Virus record (IMG/VR): IMGVR_UViG_3300033141_004958
Length of the DNA: 64,000 nucleotides
DNA from: an uncultured virus (IMG/VR IMGVR_UViG_3300033141_004958)
Lineage: Duplodnaviria > Heunggongvirae > Uroviricota > Caudoviricetes
Direction: 5' to 3' (one strand)
Within the stretch, counting starts at the first letter, position 1. Each line of letters begins with the position of its first letter. A program made the position numbers and the translations under genes. This document shows, one piece after another, positions 46,601 to 57,256 of the stretch. Under the pieces are notes generated by a model. That model saw only the letters and a list, made by a program, of their open reading frames with translations. It searched no databases and was not told the origin of the DNA.

Positions 46601-47955
46601 AATTGTAATTCATCTGAAAACATTAAATTAACATCATCAAATGTCGTTTCATATGATGTTAATGATTTATTCACCAAATCTACAGCTACATCATGTGACC
46701 ATGCATCTCCTGTTATAAACGGGCTTGACGCGCTGGTAGACCCGCTAATAGTCCATGTTTTTGTAGAAGTTCGATCTACAATTTTCTTATTGTAGTAGTC
46801 TGTTATATCCGGTAAATTAAATGGTTGTAACCGAACATTGTAAAATTCATCCGAATATTTATAGCTATTAACAATGTCACCTTCAGTTAGTAGAAATCCT
46901 CGCGTAAGGCCATCATAATCATTTGCTATAAAGATAAAAGCATCTTCGAGCTGAAATACCTTTGTAGCACATATAGTAGGTGCTAATTTAATTTGTTCGG
47001 TTATATCTCCAGTATCCGCATCATATATGGTAACATGGGTTTCGTTGTCAATATTATGAAATATAAAGGCATAGTTACCAATATTACTGCTCTGGAAAAT
47101 AGCTGATGGAGCAGAATCACCATATGCAGAATGCGTTGCCAGTAAATCAATACTATCTACTATATTAGTACTCAAATATAATTCATATGGGTCTATATTT
47201 GAGCTTGATGTAGCATATGTTTTGGCGCATGCTGAAGAGCCCTTAGTATATAGGAATGTAGTTAAATCACCATGTTCCATTATACATTGAAGTGATTTAT
47301 GTTCATATATTTCGGTAGGTGGATCAAATTCACTGGTGATTAGAACTTGATAATTGCCTATACTTTTAAGAAAATGGATATTATCGGTTGCAATATCATT
47401 TCGATCTCCATATTCCCATCCGGAACCATCAGATGCTATATATATTTCAACGGTATCTGTTATTTTTATGGTATCATCATTTTCGCTCTGGTAACCTCCA
47501 GAAACTTCTGTTTCCTTACTTGTAGATGTTAATACAAAATATGGAAGTCCCGTTGAGGATTCTATGAAAATACCATCGACTTGAACCCCACATGAGCTTA
47601 GATATTCATTATATTCCATATTTCCTTCTAAAGGACTATAGAATACAGGTGTTATTTCATTTTGTAGTCCATCTATAAATACTCTCAATTCCCCATCTAC
47701 GGTCCGAGCAAAAATAACATTTTCGTAAATTTCAAATTCAGATATATTAGTAACACCCTTAAAATATTCGCTTCCCATATGAGAGGCATAGAGAGTATCA
47801 TCAATTTGAACTATGATAGCATTATCAACGGTGTGCCTAATTTTTATGATATCTACAGAGGTAGTTCCCGTCAATGTATGTAGTTCTGATAAGAACATAG
47901 ATTCTTCAGTACTATGATAGGGTTTACCATATGTTTTGTTTAACTGGTTGGTCAT
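43633..47955 (-). CDS. Large tail/baseplate protein with DUF2341-like domain and C-terminal glycoside-hydrolase-like module
   Basis: VDSVKPAYT (baseplate-wedge-like); RF...LPY...FVRVPNL...IWGYYG; KVALL...VDFDII...L..Y.VLVIP...L..YV..GG.I (GH42 trimerisation-like). Confidence 0.6.
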   Translation of the reverse strand: MTNQLNKTYGKPYHSTEESMFLSELHTLTGTTSVDIIKIRHTVDNAIIVQIDDTLYASHMGSEYFKGVTNISEFEIYENVIFARTVDGELRVFIDGLQNEITPVFYSPLEGNMEYNEYLSSCGVQVDGIFIESSTGLPYFVLTSTSKETEVSGGYQSENDDTIKITDTVEIYIASDGSGWEYGDRNDIATDNIHFLKSIGNYQVLITSEFDPPTEIYEHKSLQCIMEHGDLTTFLYTKGSSACAKTYATSSSNIDPYELYLSTNIVDSIDLLATHSAYGDSAPSAIFQSSNIGNYAFIFHNIDNETHVTIYDADTGDITEQIKLAPTICATKVFQLEDAFIFIANDYDGLTRGFLLTEGDIVNSYKYSDEFYNVRLQPFNLPDITDYYNKKIVDRTSTKTWTISGSTSASSPFITGDAWSHDVAVDLVNKSLTSYETTFDDVNLMFSDELQLSSHDVSIADWQELYSFGSVLGVYYRPSDDALKVELPVYSNILTESPSISASAVGLSDLDVHTIGFNGRLTTISATSGNAFNNYTCSLIVDGTIVSSDVFTIKPSLGALLETNYQYATYLSNIMMADSKYITERINGSFYNVYQGALILGHGNLPEDILLQGTLYTPASSVSGEISTDSTNDGLNHGLFAYCQQFDIGMPSTEVDDSLVYVDMSDVDSFKFLDGTNVRFVKERGSYSYLPYLVTTESSQKFFVRVPNLSPTHNYIWGYYGGNFNTGLDDDDIYSYYSLYRDLLGYDITSFFSPSEYNHVTENIVTSSLIDVNNTIYIDNRITTVGSSATIQKLYSIDDFIFYGHTPPLKSNKFIAEIDASNLTETASIQNIHDILDRYVDSVKPAYTDWHRIDISTFKIGTENFQPIDIIYEDDLSESLTATFKYIGTEDISINDTVTLSVFENVYLIFGESISMTDSISVGATNLIQNWLETIEVFDDFEFNATKVSENSTISIGDSFGLYLDTITVTYGLWQIPAEPDNSDSANISQIRTAMTKLANDTNVSFVSPGWPHWFDSHRIRQMMHTFKQIANETGIDFHSYIQTEYTTPESLEQIDDNDWPTLFMADSENPKDDTVYEAYALRIPDSVIKVLPEVPQTYFTNDPDPLYHEAGYIWCRVAGNDSTGSLNRRLYTIVARVKEMQAAGKTRIYAGCQLVNRTYNTEYQYETEANIRASVALVGMFTLNKFTGLHWGLDKYSDIDRLLPIVDDAYEAITDLDISPTARAEQPKVALLRFDPMNGAYNRVIYEMMCRSNVDFDIIRIGDLATKLNNYTVLVIPRANYTTLSYLTEDQQTILQDYVSNGGTIMTEEGDGVASYIPDWIKGEADELNNYENLFLSGRWYWTGDGEQSYDFLPRGYPRYPTASLSQVPLAEDPQTGNLFSYEQRIVPIIRDYQSKMEAHGIMPISYNLDHVARRFWMHNTWYIWIVNIRTGETYIYKE

Positions 47956-50018
47956 ATAATAGTCCCATTTATAGCCACATCTGATATAGTAGTGCCCAGA
48001 TCCCCGAAACTAAATCCAATTCGCAACGACGATATCTCAGGTAATGGTTCATTTAATATAGTGGAGTGTACATTGCGTTCATAATTCCATACATCGGCAA
48101 GAATTGGAGGTATGCCTAATAATATTCCTCTCGACGTTGATGATGTCGATGTGCTATCATATACTATTATGGGCGTCCAACTACTCGAGTCGCTTTCGCG
48201 AATATATAGATAAAAAACACCTGATGCATATGATAGTTTAATATCGTAAGAGGTGCCGGCTACTATATGATTAATAATATTTGCACCTCCGAGAAAGCTT
48301 TTTGAGTTTTCGCTCGATTCTCTACTATATTTATATAATACGACATCATACCCTATTCGATTTGTTTCATATGATAGAAATGTTCCATTATAGTGCCACT
48401 CACCCATGCACTTATCAAATTTTGGTGCAGCGAGTGCAATACCAACTTTTGGATCACTTTCGTTATTAATAAATGAAAATGTCATTTCCATATATGCGGG
48501 AATTTCGAAGTCACTTATTAGAAATGCGGATTCGTCTGAACTTAGCGTACCAAGATCAGAAACTACTATGGTGTTTGTATCGTCATCGGCCGATATTATC
48601 AAAGAAGAATTACGCTTGAGAATATATGCAGAAGTGGCACAAGACGTACTATTTAGCTCATGTGTTGCTGTGAAAAAATTAAGGTCACTAACATCATATG
48701 TTTTACTAAGAGCATTGTTATAAGAAATTTCTGGTGCCCCATATCGTTCCGATATTTTGGACTTTACCGAATTCCTATAATCTGACTCAGTAAAGTAATT
48801 GGGTTCTGCGCGACCTTGTGGCCTTACTGATAAATACTTAACATTTACAATGGCATCTTTAACTCTAAATCCATATGCACCACCAATATTATAGTAATCA
48901 TAACGTCTATTAGTAGGAAATGCGGTTCCATCATAATGGAATTTCTCTATATTAGTCCCAGTATCCACAACATTTAGGTCAGTGGTCATTGCAAGGGTAG
49001 TAATTCCTGCAACACTTAGCGATGACTGGACTATGGAACCTGCTATATTTATTGAAAGCTCCATTGGAATATCAGTAGGTATTTTTCCATCCATCACTAC
49101 TTCATCGCCATCAGTTAAATAATCAATTATCGAATAATAATATTCATCAAAATTTGAATTGTAAGTAAATTTTCCTATTACCATTGCAAATCCAAACATA
49201 CCAAGCCCAACAAAGTAATAATCATCTATATCATAAGTTGTGCTATCCGTTCGTTTATTGCCCCTAAATATAAATGCAAAATTCTTAGTGTTTGAACTAG
49301 AATCTATATCTAATTGAATTAAGCACTCTGCATCATTAAACGAATTGCCTACTTCTGATGGCCGTTGGGCTACCACTAAAATAGTATCGGGCGCGGATAT
49401 AACTAATTTATTGTCATCATCATCCACATATATATTACCGGAATCATTGGGATTATATTCCACGGTTTCTGGTGTTCTAACATATTGGTTAAGTTGAGAT
49501 ACCGAATGGACGAGTGAAGTGTCAAAAATATCTATTAGGGCATCTCTTTCCTCAAATCCCCATGAATCAGTCCAGAGGTCTTTAACATTAGACGTAAAAT
49601 TGAAATTCTTAAATGCTCGATTTATAGATCCGGGTGTTCCTTTAATTCGAAATTGGTGTGCCAAGCCAAAAACATATGCTTTTAGTTGCTGTTTTTCAGC
49701 GTTGCTGGCTATACCCCGTGATATTCGTTCAAAAATATTATAATCATCATATTGGTCATATGCCAACCCGGATTGTCCAAATCCTATTTTTTGGGCTGCA
49801 CGATATGAACCACCGAACGTTCTAATTACATATGGAATTAAATCTATAGAATCATCATCAAGAGCAAAAGTTTCTGTCACTTTGCCTGTATTAGAATATA
49901 AATCATATAGGAAGTCTGCTATCGCCTCTAAAATCTGAGTAGCTTCCAATGTTTGGTATTCACTAATTGGGGGTGCTATATCTTTAACCCAACTCTTAAA
50001 TTGTTCCCGAGTTATCAT
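47952..50018 (-). CDS. Baseplate wedge subunit (gp7/P2 gpI-like N-terminus) with ConA-like domains
   Basis: FRIKGTPGSI..AF motif; position in the baseplate cluster. Confidence 0.55.
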   Translation of the reverse strand: MITREQFKSWVKDIAPPISEYQTLEATQILEAIADFLYDLYSNTGKVTETFALDDDSIDLIPYVIRTFGGSYRAAQKIGFGQSGLAYDQYDDYNIFERISRGIASNAEKQQLKAYVFGLAHQFRIKGTPGSINRAFKNFNFTSNVKDLWTDSWGFEERDALIDIFDTSLVHSVSQLNQYVRTPETVEYNPNDSGNIYVDDDDNKLVISAPDTILVVAQRPSEVGNSFNDAECLIQLDIDSSSNTKNFAFIFRGNKRTDSTTYDIDDYYFVGLGMFGFAMVIGKFTYNSNFDEYYYSIIDYLTDGDEVVMDGKIPTDIPMELSINIAGSIVQSSLSVAGITTLAMTTDLNVVDTGTNIEKFHYDGTAFPTNRRYDYYNIGGAYGFRVKDAIVNVKYLSVRPQGRAEPNYFTESDYRNSVKSKISERYGAPEISYNNALSKTYDVSDLNFFTATHELNSTSCATSAYILKRNSSLIISADDDTNTIVVSDLGTLSSDESAFLISDFEIPAYMEMTFSFINNESDPKVGIALAAPKFDKCMGEWHYNGTFLSYETNRIGYDVVLYKYSRESSENSKSFLGGANIINHIVAGTSYDIKLSYASGVFYLYIRESDSSSWTPIIVYDSTSTSSTSRGILLGIPPILADVWNYERNVHSTILNEPLPEISSLRIGFSFGDLGTTISDVAINGTII

Positions 50019-50022
50019 TCCA

Positions 50023-51585
50023 TTACCACCTTCTACCCGAAGAACCCGCATTCCCCTCTTCAGCTTTGGCTTGTTTCACTCGTTCTTTCTCTTGTTCTAG
50101 AAGTCTATTATTTTCGGCCAATTCTTCTTGGGTAAGTCCCATAAAATGCTTAAGAGCAAATTCTTGTGAAATTGGGCCCTGCTCATTATCTGCCGTATAT
50201 ATTATTCTATCGGCCGATGAGTATGTATCTAACCGCGCGTTATTAATCTCTATTTGTTTAAGCAGGTGGATCTCATTATTATATTTTAGCCGCAGCCTTA
50301 TTGCCCCGTTATCAGCTTCTTCCTGCGTAATAATTTCTTGTAGTACTAAATGATCTAAGAAAACTTTATTAATTAGACGAGTGAACTTCTCAGATTCGCG
50401 ACTAACCATTCTCGCAAAATTTATTTCCTGTTGTTCAATACTTCCAGCCAATCTAACTTCATGTTGATAATCTGGTTCCAGCCGAGATACTGGTACTCGA
50501 AGCGCTCGATATAATTTTCTAAGGAAATACATTACATCTTCAACTTCTCCAAGATTCTCACCACCGCTAAGCGTATCGACTTCTGTACCACCTCTCGAGG
50601 TTTTGGCAAAATAGAAATCTTCAGTCATTGCCATTGCATCGGGACTCGTTTCTACAGTTCCAGTCTGAGGATTGTAATATAATCTATTTCTATACCGACG
50701 CATTAAATCATTTAGATATGCTTCCGCGCGATTTGGTGGTAACATGCCCGTATCGATATTAAATATTCTACGCTCCGGCGCTCGCGCAATTCGGTATATT
50801 ATGAGACTGTCTTCAAGCTGCTTTAATTGATAGAAAATTCGCTTCGCGCGCTCTAGATAACTAACAACTACTTTAGCATATGTCGTAGCCGTTAATCCAC
50901 GCATCCTGGTTCTTACTTGAATTAATTTATATCGGTCTGATGATGTATAAGAAATTTCATCTAAACTGAGTTGTTCTTGTATCGTTTGTAGCCCCGGAGA
51001 CATAATATATATACATTCCAATGGCCCTATACCATTTTCAAAAACAGGAAGCATCAATTCATTATGTATTTTTTCTACCGAAGTTATACCTTTATCCGAT
51101 CCGGAAGTTATCCGATTAATTCTATAAGCAATCTCACCGTAAATTAGAAATTCTCTAAATATATCCCATGCATATTCTTGTAACTTAAACATTGTTACTA
51201 TTTCGCGTCGCGCTTGATCAATTATTTTCCGAGTGCTTTTATTTGGAGTATAAAATGGAGCATAGACTATTTCTGTAATCTCACCATCTGGACCAGGACA
51301 TATAGCTTCATCGCATATTGCATCTATGGCACTTCCAATTTCTGGAAACATTGACATCTCATGATATAGTGATAGTCGCTGGCTCTTACTATTTTCCAGG
51401 GTATCGATAAATACGCCACGTGAATTAAATCCACCAATATTCCAATTTGGCGCAAGAATACCACCAGTCGCCACAGCAGCCGGCCCGGATTCAACAATAA
51501 TATCTCCACTGCTGCTATCTTCTGAGGTATTTTTCGCCGCAGAGTGAATAGCATTAACAAGACGTATTTTTTTATTTTGCGTCAT
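50023..51585 (-). CDS. gp20: T4-like portal protein
   Basis: YHEM..FPEI.SAID.I.DEA; SYLERA....QL..LEDSLIIYRIARAPERRIFNIDTG.LP..RAE.YL; MTEDF; RGGTEV.TL.GG.NLGE.EDV.YF..KLY.AL.VP.SR. Confidence 0.97.
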   Translation of the reverse strand: MTQNKKIRLVNAIHSAAKNTSEDSSSGDIIVESGPAAVATGGILAPNWNIGGFNSRGVFIDTLENSKSQRLSLYHEMSMFPEIGSAIDAICDEAICPGPDGEITEIVYAPFYTPNKSTRKIIDQARREIVTMFKLQEYAWDIFREFLIYGEIAYRINRITSGSDKGITSVEKIHNELMLPVFENGIGPLECIYIMSPGLQTIQEQLSLDEISYTSSDRYKLIQVRTRMRGLTATTYAKVVVSYLERAKRIFYQLKQLEDSLIIYRIARAPERRIFNIDTGMLPPNRAEAYLNDLMRRYRNRLYYNPQTGTVETSPDAMAMTEDFYFAKTSRGGTEVDTLSGGENLGEVEDVMYFLRKLYRALRVPVSRLEPDYQHEVRLAGSIEQQEINFARMVSRESEKFTRLINKVFLDHLVLQEIITQEEADNGAIRLRLKYNNEIHLLKQIEINNARLDTYSSADRIIYTADNEQGPISQEFALKHFMGLTQEELAENNRLLEQEKERVKQAKAEEGNAGSSGRRW

Positions 51586-51597
51586 TTTTACTCCCTA

Positions 51598-54138
51598 TCA
51601 AATTTCTTCTTCCTCAAAATAAACATCTCTTAGTATTGGAAATTCGTTAAATTCCAATATTATATCGAGTGGCATGCTCCAAACACGCTTAGTTGTTCCC
51701 GTTAGTGGATCTTTGATTACCTCATAATCAAATAATGGTTGATGTTTCTTTATCAATCCTTTATGCTCTAATTCAGCGATTTTGCGTTCTTGTAAAGCAG
51801 CCAAATCTTCACTTCCGGTATAGTCTCCTACCTTAATATCAATGTCATACTCCGACGCTGTATAAATATCTGACGCATCTCCTTTTATCAACATAAGTTC
51901 AACGGAAGATGTACCACTAACTTCGCATTCATCTAAAACTTCTGGATAGCGTATTGCTTGTCCTATACTAATATTATCTCTTCTAAAATATATTTGTAGT
52001 GCATTTCTAATAGCCGCTTCAATCGTCGATTTTAATTTTACATTATTTGTATCGATAACATATCTAACCAATACATCCAGATATACTGGTGTTGCCGATT
52101 CTATAATGTAAGAAGTTGTTAGCAATTTTGTATATTCATCTGATAGTGCATCTCTGATTAATGACTTTTGATAATTCGATATTGATGTTCCTATCATCGG
52201 TACTACGTAAATCCATACTGAATTAAAGAATTCTTGAACATAGTTTTGTGACGTTATTAAGCCTAATTTGGTAAGATCCGTATAATTAACAACTTTAACA
52301 TCCGCTACAAATGATGAAAACTTTTGTTTTATATATGCCTCATGGTCGCTTTTGCTAACAATGCGTTTTTGCGTTGCATACATCGCCGGCGCATTTACTC
52401 TAATCTCATCAACTGTTTCAGGATCTCTACCACCAGAGGCTGCCGATTTCTGGTTTAAGGTATATTCGACATCGGCACCACTATTATCTGTTATATTATT
52501 TGTTGTATCTCCAGTAGAAATGAACGCAGAAAATTGAAGGGCTTGTAAGTCACTGCCCAATGTAGATGGTATTATAGTATCGCCTATAGAATCCGCGGGA
52601 ATATTACCTTCTTCCCCATCACATTGGATGCCTAATATCAATATTTTTGAACCTGATGGATCTAGCCCATAATCATTTTGCCCAAATCTAATCTCTATCC
52701 GTTGGTCTTGATTAACCCGAACGAAAAATACTTTGGATGTAGATGTAATATTAGCAGTATATTCATCGCTTGCTCGTTCCCATTCTTCTATGCCATCATC
52801 GGTTTCTACAAATACCCGAATAGAATTCGTAGATATCTTTTCAGTGCCTACCGTATATGTATTTGTGGTACTGTCATATGATAAATTCATATAGTTAGTA
52901 GCACTATTTGGATTCATATCAGCCTTGGCAATTAAACTATATGTAGGGATGCCTTGTTGTAAATCTGATATTTTTACGCTTTCCGATAAATGTTGCCATG
53001 ATAAATTTGCATTAAATAATGACCATGTAATATTTCCAGAAGAATCGATAACCGAACTATCTAATGTTGCAATGGTCACTTGGTTTGCCGTTGGTGAAGA
53101 TTCGGTTACCAACAATTGCGCATCAACCACTGAGCTTGGTGGACTACTTACCGATAAAATGATATTGAGATCGCCGGTCACATCCGCAAAATGTCCATCT
53201 GAAAATACCGATGAGCTAATAGTAGCACCATCGCTAAAAGAATATATGAGACCATCAATCAACACCCTATATGTTTTGCCATCATCTACCGTCAATGTAA
53301 TTTGATTTGTCTCCGAATCCGTTCGTGCTAACGTTACATGTGAAAGACCGATTTGGCCAACGCGACCCAAATAAAATTTTTGATAAGCATTATTCTGGGT
53401 TATAGTTATACTGTCCGTTGAACTACTATATGTAAATTGTGCAATCTCATTTGCATCTCCCGTAGGAGAATCAATCGTTATAGCAGCAGGCGAACTACTA
53501 AAAAACAATCCATAAGTAGTTCCATCAACCAAGCTCGATGCATCCACTGTCAAATTATTTGTTACCGTAGTTTCGGGTTGATAATTGGAATCTAGCGCTG
53601 TAAATGGGTTTTTATCGGAGCAATAAATTGTTATGGCACCATTTGCATAAGTAATTTCCGAATCTTCTATGGGATGGATTCCATATCCCTTAACAGTGTA
53701 TATAAAATCATCAACATTAGTAAACATGATAGTTTTTCCATCGGATGTCGCTTTAGTAGTTGGAAACTTAGAATAACTTGGAATTTCAAAATATAACCCT
53801 TCACTTCCAAAAACATACTCCGGCGCTAATTCTAAAATAACATCTACTAAAGCAACATCATATCCAGCTGGCGCATACCCCAACATCTTTGCTATTTTAT
53901 TTGCATTTTTATATAGACGAGTGGCAGGCAAAAATGATTCATTAGCTGTTGCGTTTATATAGAATCCCAATATCGAACCAATATATGCCACCATCTCTGC
54001 TAATGTTGTAATATTACTCGAGTCAAAATCAATATCAACAAACGTATCTTTACTCTTAATATAATCCTTAACAGCTTCGGTAAGCTCATCAAAATCATAT
54101 GATGTATAGTCTATAATTTTCGCAGGCGTCTTAGCCAT
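51598..54138 (-). CDS. gp6: T4-like baseplate wedge subunit
   Basis: DFD.L......YI.....F.D.DF..SN...L..M.AY; ANESFL..; LGY.P; I.FG...G; GG.DPE..DEIR.NAP..YA.Q.R.V...D. Confidence 0.92.
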   Translation of the reverse strand: MAKTPAKIIDYTSYDFDELTEAVKDYIKSKDTFVDIDFDSSNITTLAEMVAYIGSILGFYINATANESFLPATRLYKNANKIAKMLGYAPAGYDVALVDVILELAPEYVFGSEGLYFEIPSYSKFPTTKATSDGKTIMFTNVDDFIYTVKGYGIHPIEDSEITYANGAITIYCSDKNPFTALDSNYQPETTVTNNLTVDASSLVDGTTYGLFFSSSPAAITIDSPTGDANEIAQFTYSSSTDSITITQNNAYQKFYLGRVGQIGLSHVTLARTDSETNQITLTVDDGKTYRVLIDGLIYSFSDGATISSSVFSDGHFADVTGDLNIILSVSSPPSSVVDAQLLVTESSPTANQVTIATLDSSVIDSSGNITWSLFNANLSWQHLSESVKISDLQQGIPTYSLIAKADMNPNSATNYMNLSYDSTTNTYTVGTEKISTNSIRVFVETDDGIEEWERASDEYTANITSTSKVFFVRVNQDQRIEIRFGQNDYGLDPSGSKILILGIQCDGEEGNIPADSIGDTIIPSTLGSDLQALQFSAFISTGDTTNNITDNSGADVEYTLNQKSAASGGRDPETVDEIRVNAPAMYATQKRIVSKSDHEAYIKQKFSSFVADVKVVNYTDLTKLGLITSQNYVQEFFNSVWIYVVPMIGTSISNYQKSLIRDALSDEYTKLLTTSYIIESATPVYLDVLVRYVIDTNNVKLKSTIEAAIRNALQIYFRRDNISIGQAIRYPEVLDECEVSGTSSVELMLIKGDASDIYTASEYDIDIKVGDYTGSEDLAALQERKIAELEHKGLIKKHQPLFDYEVIKDPLTGTTKRVWSMPLDIILEFNEFPILRDVYFEEEEI

Positions 54139-54141
54139 ATC

Positions 54142-54522
54142 TTATATTTTCCTTAGAGCCAAATTTAATGAATCCACCATTTGCGTTGTAACAATTCGAT
54201 ATAATATCTCAATATCATATTGTCCGTTATCTGGGTCGTTGGTTACTATTATTTGCTGTACATCAATACGTGGTTCAAACAATTCAATTGCCTCTAAAAT
54301 TTCTTCGCCTATTTGTTGACTTGTTATTTCATCCATTGGATGGAAAAGGTATTCGCGTAAGAAGCATCCATAATCTGGACGCATAACACGTTCACCGGGG
54401 GTTGTATTTAATAATAGACGAAGAGCTTGTTTTATGGCATCTCTATCAACTTCTCTCTTAATATCCTTATCAGTTGCAATAGAAAAATCTAAATCGAGAT
54501 CTGAATATAGAATATTACTCAT
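54142..54522 (-). CDS. gp25: Baseplate wedge subunit
   Basis: YSDLDL.F; AIKQ.L..LL.T.PGER.M.PDYG; I..FEPRI. Confidence 0.92.
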   Translation of the reverse strand: MSNILYSDLDLDFSIATDKDIKREVDRDAIKQALRLLLNTTPGERVMRPDYGCFLREYLFHPMDEITSQQIGEEILEAIELFEPRIDVQQIIVTNDPDNGQYDIEILYRIVTTQMVDSLNLALRKI

Positions 54523-54523
54523 A

Positions 54524-55282
54524 CTATTCCCCTAGTACGCCTATATCAGCTGTAGTTGATACCATGCCAGTAGCCAACTTTTCTCCCGTAATTGTTATGG
54601 TATTGCCTTCCGTAGATGATGTTGAATGACAATATACATTTGTAGTAATCGATGTAATTGGATATACCGTTTTCAGTGGTTTATATAGAACAATATCCAT
54701 CGTAAAATCTAATGACCACCAAGCGAACAATCGTTGATCTTCCGGAGAAAATTCTTCTGGTACTTCTATATTTACACTTTCCAATACTATATTGCAATCA
54801 CGCTCAAGGTTGAAGGTTCTTTCCTTTATACGCTTCGATGCACATGGTGTAAAATTAGGTAAAATATTTTCTAGAATTTGAAACATATTAGTAATATATC
54901 GGCCACCAATATTCAAAGTTAAATTTAATTTATATGGTATTGGGTTATAGTCTACACTATATGATGTAGCAACATCATTTTCGTAAGTTATATTCAATAC
55001 TCTACGTTCAAATCTACCCGCCATTTTCTCAGTATCCAATTCGATTCCCTGTAATGTCGTTACGAGTACAGGAAAAAGTGGTTGTGTTGCATTAGCATCC
55101 GCCTGAAGTTGTTTAATTCGTTGATATGCCTTTTCTTTAGTACCAAACATAATAGGTACCGAGATAGTATCGACAACATTATCATTAGAATCGTATTGTT
55201 TGATTTGGATATCATTAAAGATATCCATAAACGCAGCTAAATATGTCTTCAGGCTATTTCCGAAATAATATGTAAATGCCAT
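54524..55282 (-). CDS. gp15: Tail sheath stabiliser/completion protein
   Basis: YY...SLK.Y..AF.D.FNDI; VPI.FG.KEK; P.PY....L; QILENILP.F.P. Confidence 0.88.
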   Translation of the reverse strand: MAFTYYFGNSLKTYLAAFMDIFNDIQIKQYDSNDNVVDTISVPIMFGTKEKAYQRIKQLQADANATQPLFPVLVTTLQGIELDTEKMAGRFERRVLNITYENDVATSYSVDYNPIPYKLNLTLNIGGRYITNMFQILENILPNFTPCASKRIKERTFNLERDCNIVLESVNIEVPEEFSPEDQRLFAWWSLDFTMDIVLYKPLKTVYPITSITTNVYCHSTSSTEGNTITITGEKLATGMVSTTADIGVLGE

Positions 55283-55285
55283 ATA

Positions 55286-56005
55286 CTATCCCGTTTCGTT
55301 AATTACCACCTGGGCTCCAGTTAATGTTAGAATACCTTGTGTTGTTATATTGAGATTGCCGGTAGAACTAATATTTAATATTGTGCCGCTTTCAATATCT
55401 CCTTGCCCCGTTGAACTAATATCAAAGGTTCCACCGGATATAGAGATTTTACTACTTCCACTTATATTTATATCGCTACTACCGGAAATATTAATTTTAC
55501 CCTGATTGTTTTTTATTGTTATTTCATTATTTTTACTAAAACAAATAACACTACCATCATGTCCCAATGCCATCCACTCTGAACCATGATGAAACATTAA
55601 AAATGCATGTCCATCAGATAGTAATGTCATATTATCAAGTGGCCGTTTATTTGCCTCTGTATATTGTCCTGATACCGCTGCATTAACTTTGGCTCCTATG
55701 GCATCTACATCCTCTTTCCAATTATCCGCGCCAGGGCAAATAGCAAAATATACCGGTGTAGCAATATTACCATTTTCAAAAAATACCCACACCGTGGAAT
55801 TTACCTCAGGTACTGCAAGGTTACCATTATGGTGCTGTATGGGCAAAGCTGGTTCTGCTATCGGCCATGCATTTTCATATTTTTGTTCTGCATCGGCATC
55901 ATCATAGAGCTGTGGTATAAATATTCTAATTCGTCCATCTCCCAATGATGATTTGACGACAGCCCTATAAAATCCAAATATATTTCGTTGTTTAGTAAGT
56001 TTCAT
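55286..56005 (-). CDS. gp5: Baseplate spike protein (OB-fold plus beta-helix, no lysozyme domain)
   Basis: GFYRAVV...GRIRI.IP..; WP.A.P; VP...S.VWVFFENG...PVY. Confidence 0.8.
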   Translation of the reverse strand: MKLTKQRNIFGFYRAVVKSSLGDGRIRIFIPQLYDDADAEQKYENAWPIAEPALPIQHHNGNLAVPEVNSTVWVFFENGNIATPVYFAICPGADNWKEDVDAIGAKVNAAVSGQYTEANKRPLDNMTLLSDGHAFLMFHHGSEWMALGHDGSVICFSKNNEITIKNNQGKINISGSSDINISGSSKISISGGTFDISSTGQGDIESGTILNISSTGNLNITTQGILTLTGAQVVINETG

Positions 56006-57254
56006 TGTTATAACAATTCTTTATAAAAGTAATATAGTTTAGATATGTACCATCAATATCAATATTGTGCTCTACACTTGCAACTATCCATTGTCCCGAA
56101 TATTGCGAATCTTCATCCGGAACAATTGACATTGTAGTTTGTGTATTACGTTTAGATTGAAATATAATTTTGGCCTGTTGTCCCAAGGATCGGATTTGAT
56201 GTCCATATACTACCGCATGTAATATAATATTATCTGCATTTGCCATAGCCATTGAGTTTTTATCAATATTGATATTCTCTTGCTCATCTCTACTATTTGC
56301 TGCTGATAACCGTTTGGTTTTTTTAACAATTTCTTCATCTGATAAATTATCATTATAATAATATACAGGATAATTATCGGAGGTCATATATGGTGTTGGT
56401 TTAAATGTAGAAGATAGTCGATGAAATGAATTTGTCGTATAATCATAAACAACCGATTCCCTGGCCCATGCTGAATGTGGCCAAATTGCTCCCGCCTTCG
56501 AGTATAGTTCATAGTTCAATATTAAGTTGTAGTTTTCCACATTGGCTAATTCCGTTGAAGTAATTGGTTGCACTATATAATATTCTTTACTAAATTCATT
56601 AGCCATTGAAGTTAATGATTGTAATCTAATTTCTTTTCTCATATATGGTTCGGCTTCTTCAATAGCACTATCAGCCCATAAAAAATATGGTCCATCAGCA
56701 GCTGCTCCCAGTGCATATTCAATAATGTCAATAGCAAACCAATTTCGTGGAAATCCGATACGAACATTTTCATTGGATGAAAAATTTCCGTTTAGTGTAT
56801 ACTCCGGAACAACTCGTCGCATGCAGGTTTCTACAATTTGTAAATATGAATGTTGGGTGAAAAACATCCGGGACGGCGAATCCAAGTATGCGTATAAATT
56901 CCTATATAGTGGATATTCAACAAGCCGCAATGATATAGTATTACCATATATTGCCGTTGGCGCTTCACGATTGAAAATCTCTGCCATATTTATCGGTTCA
57001 AAGTAAATTTCAAGAGCAGGAAACTCATCTCGTAGCTTAATATTTTGAATACGCAAAACAAAAATTTCATTCCCAGTTAATTGCGATAGCTCGCGATGTG
57101 CATCCACATCTACAAAGGTTACTGTTGCTGTTCTATAAAATTGATTAATACCCGTACATAGCTTTAAATTAAACTTATAATTCATAATAACTTCTTCACT
57201 ACCTTTAATATACGCCAACTGAGCAACACCGCCCCGACCATGATTAATCACCAT
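55992..57254 (-). CDS. Baseplate hub protein (gp27/late control D-like)
   Basis: Located between gp53-like and gp5-like genes; YSGQWIV..V.H C-terminus. Confidence 0.6.
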   Translation of the reverse strand: MVINHGRGGVAQLAYIKGSEEVIMNYKFNLKLCTGINQFYRTATVTFVDVDAHRELSQLTGNEIFVLRIQNIKLRDEFPALEIYFEPINMAEIFNREAPTAIYGNTISLRLVEYPLYRNLYAYLDSPSRMFFTQHSYLQIVETCMRRVVPEYTLNGNFSSNENVRIGFPRNWFAIDIIEYALGAAADGPYFLWADSAIEEAEPYMRKEIRLQSLTSMANEFSKEYYIVQPITSTELANVENYNLILNYELYSKAGAIWPHSAWARESVVYDYTTNSFHRLSSTFKPTPYMTSDNYPVYYYNDNLSDEEIVKKTKRLSAANSRDEQENINIDKNSMAMANADNIILHAVVYGHQIRSLGQQAKIIFQSKRNTQTTMSIVPDEDSQYSGQWIVASVEHNIDIDGTYLNYITFIKNCYNNETY

Positions 57255-57256
57255 AC

